From Thalia democratica (Eukaryota): DNA of 64,000 nucleotides. How positions within the stretch are numbered: position 1 is the stretch's first letter; each line of letters begins with the position of its first letter. The translations under genes were made by a program, and so were the position numbers. The stretch covers positions 29,760,001 to 29,824,000 of the forward strand of contig OZ241829.1 in assembly GCA_965202585.1 (NCBI GenBank), in the 5' to 3' direction. The notes beneath the pieces are model-generated. The model ran no database searches, was not told the origin of the DNA, and saw only the letters and a program-made list of their open reading frames with translations. Of the stretch, positions 43,901-56,300 are shown piece after piece.

Positions 43901-46900
43901 AAACTCATTTTTTTGCAGATTTAATAAAAATCAGAGTAGCTAAAAGAAAAGTACACAACTATAAATGAAGTCAACTTTTCTTAAAAAAACTACAAAATGC
44001 TGTTTTGATTTTAGATCGGGTTTTTCTTACTGCGTTACCTTGTCAGTATGTTAAGGCTTAATAGTTTTCTTAAATAATTATTAAAATAAATTTTTCTCTT
44101 ACTATTTTAAGTTTAAAGCTAAAGCTTTACTGTCTTTGATGTTGGGTAAAATGTACTAAATAACTTAAATATTCTCGAGTGAGAATTGACTCGTTTGCTA
44201 AAATAGTTTATTTTGTTGTTTTTCCTATATTTTTCCCAAATCAGTTCTTTATCATTTCTTGAAATAAAAGAAATTGTTTTATTATCAAGTTCAGTATTTA
44301 AATGCTTATAATGTTTTCAATGTAATTTTTTTATTTTTTTATTAGTTTATAAAAACACGGAAACATTGTATTTAAAAAGAAACACTTATTTGTTTGTAAA
44401 GTAAAAAGTATTTCAAGTAGTTTTATTTAAATTTTTACCTGCGCTAAACTTAAAATTATTAAATATTTTAAAACTATATTTTAAATTAAAAATCTTCGAA
44501 ATTCAGTTTAAACTTTATGAAAGGTTTAACATTAGTAACTTTGCATATTTAAAATATGTTAGTTAACTTACTATTTTATTAAAAGTTTATTGTAGATACT
44601 TATATACTAAATACTTTGATTGTTTATTGCGCCGTTTATCTGTTTACTTTAGTTTATCTTTAAAAATTTAATCAGTAAACTAATTTTCAGTCAAAGACCT
44701 TCGTCAGTAATTACATCAAAATCTAAAATGATATTTTTAACAATAATGTAAAATAGTTTGTAATTTCACAAATTATTCAAAATTAAAAAAAAAAAAACAA
44801 TTATTTAAAATTGTAACGTTTATGTTTTTTAGATAAAAAAATTTAAAGCTTTTACAAGATTTATGTTTTCAGTTTTTATACGAAAAATAAACTCTATTTG
44901 GTAAATATTGTCTCTAATTTATATAAAATTTATTTACATGTCTTAAAAACTTATCAAATATTCATTTAAAAAAACTATATAAATATCAACATTTTTTATT
45001 TTATTTTGGGTTTAATTTTGAAATTAGAAGTTAGACGTTTGAAAAGGTTTAAACACATATGAAATATAAAATACTAAACTGTAGACCCTACAGATGTTGC
45101 TTCAGTTTATAAGACTAATAATTAAGTTTTTACAATTTTAGACGTTAAATCCAAAATATTAATTAAGCCTAATATAAGTTGTACAAATTATTTAAGTTAA
45201 ATTGATAACTTCTTTGGAATTATATTTTAATTATAACTTAAGAGATAGTTTGATAATAAAAAAACAAATAACAATTAAATAGATATAAAACTATTTTGTC
45301 GAAATATTTATTTGTAAGTATGAAGTGGATCAAGTTTAATTCATTTTTAAACTGAATTGTTAAATTTAGGCGTCGAAGTTTGTCAAAAACTTTCTTGACT
45401 TTTTCGGGTACAAATTGCTTATTTAATGCAATAAATTTTTTGTTTAGTTACTCTTCTGTGTTAGAATTTTAAACAAGAAAACAATTTTAATAATGACATG
45501 AAGCACAAAGTTTTAGCTAAAATATTTTCAATGGGTTCTGTAAATTTAGTTTGCTGTTGTTATCACTACAAATTTAATTACAAAGTTAATTTTTAAATCA
45601 TTATTTTAATATATTTAAACAATTAGTTAATATTTATCAAATGATAACTAATTAAGTTGTCATTTCGTTGTATACCGACTTAGCACGAGTTTTACCCGAG
45701 GCTCTTAAAAAAAATATAAAGCTGAAGATAAAAATGTTTTATAAAAAATAAAAAAAAACTCAAAAATTATAATAGAAAAATCAAAATTAACAATATTATA
45801 AATAATTAAAATTACCTCACAATGTTTTATTGGACCATTATCGATAACAAAGTTTCAAGCACTGAACTTGGGATTGCAAACCTAGAAAACATTTGTTGGT
45901 ACATCCTAGAAAATTCTACTAAACCATTTTGAACTTTTCCTCTAAAAACTTAGAGTCATTTATAAGTAAAGTGCCTTAAAACAAACCAACTCTTTAGTTT
46001 CTATAATAGGGGTCGGCAGCCTTTTATAAGTTGTAGGCAAGTTTTCCAGGTAAAACTTCACCCTAGCTGCTCTGTATAGAAAAATTCTTCCGTGAACCGA
46101 ACTTTTTGAAAATTATATCAATAATAAATAAAATAATGGTATTTAAAATTAAATATGTAAAAAAAGCATTGTTTTAAAGCCTAATAGTAAGTTTAACAAA
46201 GCTTTTTTATTGTTTAAAAAAACAATTTTCCGACTTAAAAAGTACTTTTTTGTCGCAGTTTTTCAACTTCTTGTCTAGCTAGACTTTAGAGCAGGGTTTC
46301 CTTAACATTTTTTTATGTTAAAAACTATGGCCCTCTTCAATAAGTTATCCAGAAAAACTAATCTTATGTACGCTTAAAACCTTTTTTTTCTCCATCATCA
46401 TCTTTAGAATATTCTTATGTAAAATTAGAATTATAGCCTCGTTTTACCTCTCTTTTGCAGCTTATGGCCTCCTAACTTCCTAAAGTTGCTTACTTTGAAG
46501 GCCTGGTCTAGTGCGAGTTTTAAGTATTCCCGTAATATTTAGTAAAAGTTTCTAAACAAGCCTTAAACACGTTGAGTTAGACCTTTTTCTGCACTTCACC
46601 ATCAACTCTAGAAAATCTAATGTAAGTTTTAAATTATGGCCCCTTGTCACAACACAATATGATTTAAATATAAGTGTAATATTTGTGAATTAAACAAAAA
46701 AATTAAATTTGGCTCTCCAAGGATTAATTGTTTTTTACACTTTAACCGCTGATTAAATACATTGCCCACCCTAAGTCTCTAGAGTTTATTAGACTATTCA
46801 TATTTAAACTTAAAATATTATTGTTTAATTAAGTTTTTTTTTTTTGTTTAAACAAACGACTATTAAGCAGGTTTACTAAAATTCCTAAATTAAATTATAT

Positions 46901-47326
46901 TGAATAGCGAATTAAATTTCATTTTATAAAACATAGAATGTCCTGCTGGAGTGATAGATTGACGATTTTGTATTAGAAACTTGGAAATTCTTCCATTAAT
47001 AAAATGAAATAATTAAAAGATAATAAAACTTTTTTTTATTATTTATAGCATAAAAAAAAATAATTCTTTTTTTAAATTCTTCATTTACTTTTACGTTCAA
47101 TGATCTAATTCTGACACAAACTTACTAAAGTAAATGTGAAAAACTTACTAAAATCAAAATAAGTTATGCATCAAGTAACTAGCTATTAGTTTGACTCAGT
47201 TTTTAGGGACTTTTATGGATTGCAAGCTTTGAATTTGTTTCATTGAAATAGTATTTGTATCTTGTATTGTAATTATCATTAAATAGTTTAACATTTATAT
47301 AATTTAGAAAAAAACTAATCTGTTAA

Positions 47327-50300
47327 ATGATATCTGGAGCAACCCACTGCTATTTTTGTAGGACAAAGTTTGGATTTTTCAAAAAGCAGGCTAGTTATGT
47401 TTAATGCATTGGTTTTTGTTTATTTTGTGTAAGTCTTTATTTATACAAAGCCAAAAATAAGGTTACATCAGTATAAAATTGATCCAATTAGCAAGAGTCT
47501 CTGTCATATTAGAATATTCGAAATGTTTGTGGTTATTCTTCTTAGTTGAAACTGTTTAGTTAAACTAAAAAATCAAGCAATTGTAGTTATTTTCAAAAAA
47601 AGTTTTGTTATTCAACAGTATAGGATGGCAAGTTGGGTGCTTATGAATACAGCAACATTCGAGTTTTCAGCTAATATTTTTTTACACTTGGCAGGGTTGC
47701 CACACACTCAGGGAACTCAGGGAATTCAGGAATTTTCAAGTTATAGAAAATCTCTGGAAAACTCAGAAAGTTTTGATTCTTTTTTTTTTAACTGATGGAA
47801 ACTCAGGGCAGTTTTGGTTTTTTCTAGAGATTTCAGGGAAATTTTAAGATTTTTTAAAAAATCTCAGGGAAAATTTTTCTTAATCTAGAATGAGATTTAG
47901 TTAATCCAGTTTCAACATTTTGTTAAAAAAAGTTAATTATATATTTTTTTAACTGCTTATTTAGAAATTTTTTAGCCTTGCGGCTAGTTCTTCAATATTC
48001 TCAGAAGTAAAATTGTAATTTTTTAATAAATAATTAAAAATTTAAGGATTTAAAAAAAATTCAGGGAAACTCAGGGAAGTTTAAGGTTACTCAGTGAAGT
48101 TTCTGGTCACTCAGGGAAGATTTTTTGACTCAAAGAGTGGCAACCCTGACTTATTAAATACCACAAAAACACCCTGTGCAAAATTTTAGCTTATTTAATA
48201 AAATTTATATATAGGCTATTTTAAATATTTTGAAAACCACCCAAAAAACTGTATGGGACCCAAAAAACTCACCTTTAAACTTTAGCTGAATTTATTTCTT
48301 ACATGTGGCCAACTATTACAAAAACACATTGTGCACAATGTCAAATGATTTAAAGAAAATTTAATTGTACCATTCTTGTTAAAAAAACAACTGTAAATTC
48401 AAGAAAACTTACAAAAATGGATAAAAAATACACAAAATTAAGAATTGCCTCAAAAAAATTTCTATAAACCGTCTTAAATTGTGCACAATGTGTTTTTGTG
48501 ATAACTGGCTACATAAAAAAAAATTGAGTTGAAAATTCTTAAGTCAAACTTTTTGGGTCCCATACAGTTTGCATTTGGGTGTTGTCAAAAACTCTTAAAT
48601 AACCTCTATAAAAACTTTTTTAAATCATTTTAAAGTTTTGCACAGGGTTTTGTGGTATTTCTTAAGGATAAAAAAAATCCAGCTGAAAACTCAAAGGTTG
48701 CCGTATTTATAAGCACCCTAATGACCAGTGGTTTTTTGAAAGTTTTTTCCAGCTTTTTTAAATTACAAATTTTTTTAAACGCTTTTAAGTTAAAGTTTAA
48801 ACTTTTAAAAAACTTTGAACTACTGAAATACTTTAGATAAGTTTTTTAAAGAAAATTCAGAATAATGTACAAATAGTTTATTGTACATAGTAGTTGTTTG
48901 ATGTCTCATCTTAATTAAAATATTTTAATGAAAAATTATACAAAAACTATTTAAAATTTCAGTTTTTGGTTATCCTTAGTTTTGTGTGCAAACACTTTGA
49001 TTATATTTACAGTAACTTTTTCAGATTTATTTTCAACAATTTTTAGCTCTTTTTTCAAATTAAAAACATTGCTAGCTTTTTGCTCTGCAAATGTACATTC
49101 ATTAACAAAAGTACTTTTGACTGGAGACTTAGGTGTCTCTTTAACTGTTAGTGTCATCTTAAAATTGCATTATTTATACTTTTTTTTTCCTTTAAAGGTT
49201 AGTAATTAAAAATGACATCAAATCAAAATTACACTATGGTTAAAAGCTGAATTATAAACTAACAAAACAAGTTAAGGGCATATGGTCAGACACTTTTTAA
49301 AACTTTAGTCTTTTTACATAATTAAATAAGCTACCAGTTACTTTTTACTGCTTGTTAAAATTAAAAGTAATTTTTGAGATATAAACGATCAAAGTGAACT
49401 CAAAGAAAACGATTACCTACTCAGTTTTGTTGTTAATACAAAAAAAACATACTTTTTAAGCTAAAATTGAAAAGCTTTGTTGATTTAGTTCTAAAAAGAA
49501 AAGCCATCTAACCAACAATCTTGAACTACATGACTGAATGTTATTTTACGTATTTAATAAATTATGTTTATAACTTTTAACGATAAATTAAGTAGTGAGT
49601 TTATAAAAACAATGTAAAATTTGTTATTTGTATTTATTAAAGAAATTAGTCCATCAATATTAATGATAGTACTTTTAAACAAAATTTTTGGCAAAATTTT
49701 GCTAGTTTGCATATATCAAACCAAACTACTGAAAAAATTTTAAAATTTGTCAATCTCTTGTAACTATCTTTTTAATTATTAAGTCTTTTATTTTTCTTGT
49801 TTTTCAATTGAAAGATCAAGTACAAAAGTTTGCAATTTTTTTTAAAACTTACTTAAGCTATTGTTTGCTGCTAAATAGTAGTTTTTAAAATGTTGAAAGC
49901 ACAGTATACCAAAAATCTTTTATGTTTTTAAATTAAAAATTTTGTAAAATTTTTATTGAAACAATGAAAAAATTCTATAAAATGTATTTTACTATATGAA
50001 CAGTATGAATGTTCACTATGCAGTTATGCTGCCTGCGTCCAGTGTGTGCCTCACAAAATAGACAACAAACTTGTTTGCAGAAACTGTTACAAGTTGAAAA
50101 TGAAAGGAGGTGGTCAGTCGTCTTACAGAGATGCTCCTCCTGCTAACTTTACCAGGTAAAATGCATATACTACTTCAAAAAATTTAAATATAAAGAAGTT
50201 AAAAATTACTTTTTCAAAGAATTTCTAAATGTTTTATTATGTTATGTTTAAAAAAGAAAAATATCTATTAGTTATGTTGTATTATTTTCAAGAATATTTT

Positions 50301-53300
50301 TTTTTGTTCAGTGGTTTTAAATGCAGTTTCATTTATTTTAAGTGCTTTTAAAGTTAGTTAGTTTTAATCATGCTTATAAATTTATTAGCTATAAGAAATT
50401 TATATTAAGTTATCCAATTCAAAGTTAATAGAAAATTAGTATACACCTTACAAATTTTATTTTTATATTTTTTTCTTATTGTTTCAAAACAAAATTGTAG
50501 TTATTTAAACATTAAATTAGTATAAATAGTTAGAAAGCATCTAAAGTGTTATTTGTCTGCTTGTTTTGTAAAGTAAACAATGATTTTTCTAAAACATTCT
50601 GATGTAGTAAGTTTTCTGTTAATAAATTGCTTAATTAATATTCTTGAAGTATATTATATATATTTTTGAAACATAGCCTAAAAAAGATTAATAATCTTTG
50701 AAAGTCCAACTACTAAATTAAACAATGTTTAAAAAATAGAGTTTTTATTTTGAAATCACTCGAAGTTAAACCAAATATAATTTTTAGTTTTAGTTTCAGT
50801 ATTAAATTAAATCAGATTCATGTAATTTTTAGAATGGTGTAAACTGATATTGGTATTTTATCATAACTATAACCTGTATTAAAAGTAGTTAATGCTAATT
50901 TTGAAACTACTTTATGTTGTTTAAATAATATAAAGTAAAATTTGTAAGAATTTTCATGAACAACTACATTTGTAAAACTGTTTTTCATTTCTACTATCTC
51001 CAACAAAATAAAGAAATATAAATTATTAAATGTTTTTAATTAAAATGTTGTTAACTTTGTGTTTTTAAATGGTAAGTTATATAGTATTGTAATGTTTTAA
51101 TGTTTTTTTAAGGTAATAATAGTTTTTATAAAACAAGAAATTTTATCTTAATTTTTTGTGTTAAAAAAATCTGTTGTTTAATTACCAATTTCTCTTAAGT
51201 TATATTGTCTGAAAATATCTATGAAAAAATTTAACATGAGAGTACATTAAATTGTGTTTTGATGGTAATTTTTAAATAAATGTATAACACAAAAAATAGT
51301 GAAGTTTTTCTAATAAAATTGTTGTAAGTAATGTAATTCTTTTTAGTATTTTTATGAAGTACCTTAGCGAAACACAACTGTTTTGAAATGTTAGTATATC
51401 TTATTGAAAGCTTTTTTTTTTGTAGTCTTAGTTAAACACATTTTAAAACTCACGGGTAAGCCAAATAAATTGTAAATGTGCGTTTAATGTAAAACATACT
51501 TAAGTAATTTAAATATATACCCTTATTTTATGTACAGTCACTTTATTCTTCCAAAAAAAAAACAGAGAAATTCAAAAGAGGCAAAAAGAAAGCATTGAGA
51601 AAAAAGAGTCGGATGATAGTTTGAAGGAACTAACAATGAGGTTAAATAAAATAAAAGAGCCTATAAAGAACAGACCACCTGTAAGTAAAGGTTTGCTTTT
51701 TGTTTTTTTTTTTTGCTTTGTGTACACACATGTATTATTTTATCTCAAGATAAACAAGTAGGACCTTAAACCCTCTATACTCGCACTTATTTTTAAAAAC
51801 TGTTGTTTCAACGTTATTAACTTTATAAATATGCAATGTTACTCTGTCCAAAATTAGGAATTCTTTAAAACTAATTATTTTTAGATCAAAATTATGTTTT
51901 TAATTATTTAAAATAGATTGATGAATATCTTAAACCTCATAAAAAATAAACTTTTTACTTTTAGATTATATTGTATCAGTTGTTAGGTATTTAGTTGTAC
52001 TTTGATATTAGGTATTTCTTTATAACTTCTTTAAACTTTTTTTTGTAGGTTTTTTTACAGTAATGTTAAGCTTTTAAGTTTTGCTTACTGCATTCAGAAT
52101 AGTTCCTAGGAAAGTTATTATATATGCATTTAAGTGAGTACTTCATGTGGAAGTTATTATTATAGAGTAGTTAAAGTTTGTCAATTAAAATGTAAAAAAA
52201 ACTTTTCTATTATGCATAAAGTTAACTAACAAGTTTACACAAAATTGCGCACAAATTTTGTTTTAAAATATCAATTGATTTAACCTTATAACTGTTTTTT
52301 TTTCATAAGTTTAGTAAGCATCTAATGCAGAAGCATACACATTCAACCTTCCTTTTATTATTAAAGAAGAAAAATGAACATAAGGTATTAGTAATTTGCG
52401 CCAGAAACAAAAAAAAAAGGATTTGAAAAAAACTCAGGGAAGTTTAAGGTTACTCAGGGAAGTTTCTGGTCACTCAGGGAAGATTTTTTGACTCAAAGAG
52501 TGGCAACCCTGAGTTTAATTTATAAAGGTAATTTTTTGACAAATCTTACTTGAAAGAGCTCAAAAAAATTAAAAAAAGGAATTAATTTTTTTATATTCAG
52601 GGTTGCCACAAAATCTGGAATGTTCAACAATTTTTACTTGTTAAGTAGTAAAGTTTAGGTTTAACACAAAAGTATATCATAAAGATAAAACTTTTCTGTC
52701 ATCATCAATTTTTTTTTTTCAAAATCACATTTAAAGTAGCTTTGCAATATTTTTTCAATGTTGTTATACTACCTAACACAGTTTTTAACCTTAAACTTTA
52801 CTTAATATGAAAAATAAAATCAAAAACGTGTACCTTTAAAAACCTAGAAATGTTTCAGAAAACCTGGAAAAACTTTATCAAAAACCAGTGGTAACCCTGT
52901 ATATTTTTTGTATAAGTTAAGCACTATAAATATTTGTAGCCCTATTCGGCAAAGCATTGTTTACAATAAACTTTTATTAAAATAAATCTTGTACAATTAT
53001 CTTCTTTAAAATTTAATTTTGGAAATGTAGCTAATTTATTTAAAACCAAAAGTTAAGTATAAAAATTTAAAACAACCTTCATTTAAAACTTAAAGAGATA
53101 AAGTTATGCATATACACTGTTCTAGACCTTTATATATACTTTATGTTCTAGGCCATCACCGATATCTTATATTTATAGACTAATTTTTGAAAAAGAAAAT
53201 TACATTTTATTATTTGTGAAATTACTTAGTCAGGTTTTTTTTTCTATTTTACTACTACTATTTATTTTTATTGATTAATTTTAAAAAGCCTACTGTATAT

Positions 53301-56300
53301 CAAAGATAACTATTTTTTTAAGACTGTAACATTTGTATCTTTTCAAAAACTAACTTACATTGATTATTACTAATACTACAGTGTTAATATTATTGCAGTC
53401 AAAATATACATGATTTATTTTTAGTTATGTTTAAGTTTTAAAAATATTAGTCGAATTGATTTTTAAAGTTTTTCTTAACTTAAAAATACTTTTAGTATAC
53501 TTATTTTAGATTTTACCATTGAAATTGCCTAACTCATTTTCACCTGTTCTTCAAATTAAAAACACTGTTAGTTATTCAACATTAAAAATTGTTCAAACAA
53601 TTCTCGTTTTCACTATAAAAATTTTAATTCAGAATCTTCCGTGGAAGAGTTGCAAGAGAGACTAGAAAAACTGAAAATGAGAAAAGACAGGGTTGACAAC
53701 GGAGAGGACACCGTGGAAGAGCTGCAGAGAAGGCTGGACAACTTGAAAGAAAAGAAGCCTCCCGCCATCCGGGTCATGAGCTATGTACGTTTTAATTGTT
53801 AATAAATTGTCTAATTAATATTTACTCTTGCTTACAAAGTTAATGTGTCATACGGAGTTTACTGTATGAGTGTCTTATTTTAAATTTACAACTTTGTTTA
53901 TTTTAATTACAGTCTCAAGTAAGCAAATATTTAGGTTGTTTTACTTGTGTAAATAAAGTTATTTTTAAGGCAAAGGACGGTCCACCTTGATTTTTACATG
54001 TTGATCTAATTTTTTATAGTTTTATCTGAAGTAAAAGACATATTTAACCGCTTGAAAAAATTCAAAGTAGCTTTTGAGATATGAGCGATCGAAGTCGGTG
54101 ACCGCAATAGGTTCCTAATGGAATGCGCAAACTAAAACCCCGAAAAAAAAACATATCACTAAAAGTCTATCTTCTCCTTCATTTTTAAGCAATTTTCTTC
54201 AAATTTTCATAGAAAGTCTATTATAAATTCTAAAAGTATTGAATGCAAGAATGTTTTATTTTTGAAAAATAAGGTTCTTATTAACCTTTTTTTTTTTGCT
54301 TTTAATCTAAAATTTTTATTGAACTTTTTTTTTTAATTCAAACATTCAAGATCTTATAAACTATAAAAAGAACGTTTCCTGAAAGTTTGAGGTATCTAGC
54401 TCAAAAAATGAAGGAGAAAATAGGTTTTTAGTGATTATTTAAATTTCCGAGAAAAATGACCCAAAAAAAGTCGCGGTCCATACGTATGTATCGAAAACTT
54501 TTTATAAAAATTATAATATCTCAAAAGTTTGTTTATATATTTTTCTTCTATAAAAACTGGTTTGTATTTCAAGCTTTCATATAAGATCCAATGTTATTTT
54601 TAGTGAAAAAAAAAAAATGTTGGACCCCCCTATGCCCTTTATACTTGTTAAAAATTTTTGTAGTACAAATAATATTTATTAAAAATTTCAAATTATTAGA
54701 TAATAGTTTTTTGTTGGTTTGAAACAACTAAAATTATATGCTTGACAAGAATTGATTACTTTTATGTCTTATGATCAAAAGTAAATATATTTTTGGCAAT
54801 GCGTATATAATAACTCACATTTTTTTCTCTTATTTAATAACTAATGTTGTTTTCTGCTAGTAGATAACTTGTAAACTTCATATGTTTTCTTCTATAAATT
54901 TTTAGCAATTTGATGTGGCTTAAAGATATAAAATAACCTACATATTTCATTATTTTCCAAGTCATAATTAAAAACGTAATAAAAAAAAGTTACAGCTTGC
55001 ACTTATAAGATGATGTTGTTTATTTGTTTGTTGAAATATTTAATAACTTTTAAAAAATAAGGTTAAGCTTTGTTAAAAACTTCAGTTTACCTTGAAAAAA
55101 AAACAGTTTTTACATAACACTACGATAGTTTCTTTTTTATTATGATATTTTCTAATTCTTTTTTTTACTCTATTTATTCTTATTCAACCAACTACTTTTA
55201 CCATCAAAAATTTCATTTATTTGAAATTAAATCCCGTACACTAAAAAGTTGTTTTTTGTAAATCAGGGGTCCGCAAACGGCGGCCCATGAAAAATAAAAA
55301 CACGAACCGCATATTTTACATCGAATTGGATGTGGCCCTTAAACGACCAAGTTTTACTCACAAAATAAAAAACTTGAAAAAACAACTTGACTAGGTACTC
55401 TGAGGTTTGAAATAAAGAAAAATAAAATTAAAAATAGGTCTTTGGTTTAATTTAAGGGAAATTTTAAAGTTAAACCAAACAATCTGAGATTTCAATAAAG
55501 AATAAAAAACTGCATGCGGCCAGCAAAAGATTTTGTCTTGAAATTCAACCACCTAATACCTACCGACCTGTTCTTATGTTTCAATTAATATAAACAGAAA
55601 CGTTTATTCTAAGATTTAAGTTTTGCTTAATAATAATAATAATGTTATTTTGTTTTTCTACCCAGAGGAAGAGGAAAGGGGAGGAGGGGACGTCGTCGGA
55701 CCAAGTCACCGACGCGAAACGGATGATTCGTCAGTACACCGCCGATGACCTCCTCAATGACGTCATAAAGGAAGTGGAACGAGAAAAGGAAGAAAACGAT
55801 GAGAGCGGTTCGCGGGACGCAAGATTTGAAAACGCTTTTGCAGGTGGTTTTTACGATAAGTATAAAAGAACTAATGTGGCAGTAAAAAGTGTCTTTGATT
55901 TCTAATGTTTAAATTATTGTAAAATTATAACAATGTTCTCATTGCAAACATTACTTAACAGAATGCTTTGGAGACAATTTGTTAGCTGTTAACAGTTGAT
56001 TTTGTTTACTTTTTGTTTATTCCAAAGATTTATAACTTAGCTAGCAGTTGCTTTTTGATGTTTTGAATTTAAAATAAGTTTTTGAATGTTCAATGAAGTA
56101 GACTTATAAAATTCACTAGGTTCCGCAAGGAAAAAAAAGTAAGAAGGTAAAAAAATACTGTTTTATTATAAGTTTATCTCCTACAGATTTTAAACGATCG
56201 TTCTCAACTTAAAAATTAATGTGTGAATTTAAAACATTTGATGAAAATTAATCAGCTACTAATAAAAGTTATCCCAAAGATGAAAATCAGCTATATTCTA

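Noticed and set aside
45800-46750. Slightly GC-richer, coding-like patch between DRAM and ZFYVE19
   Set aside because: All frames are heavily interrupted and I recognise no motif; possibly a TE fossil, but unsupported.
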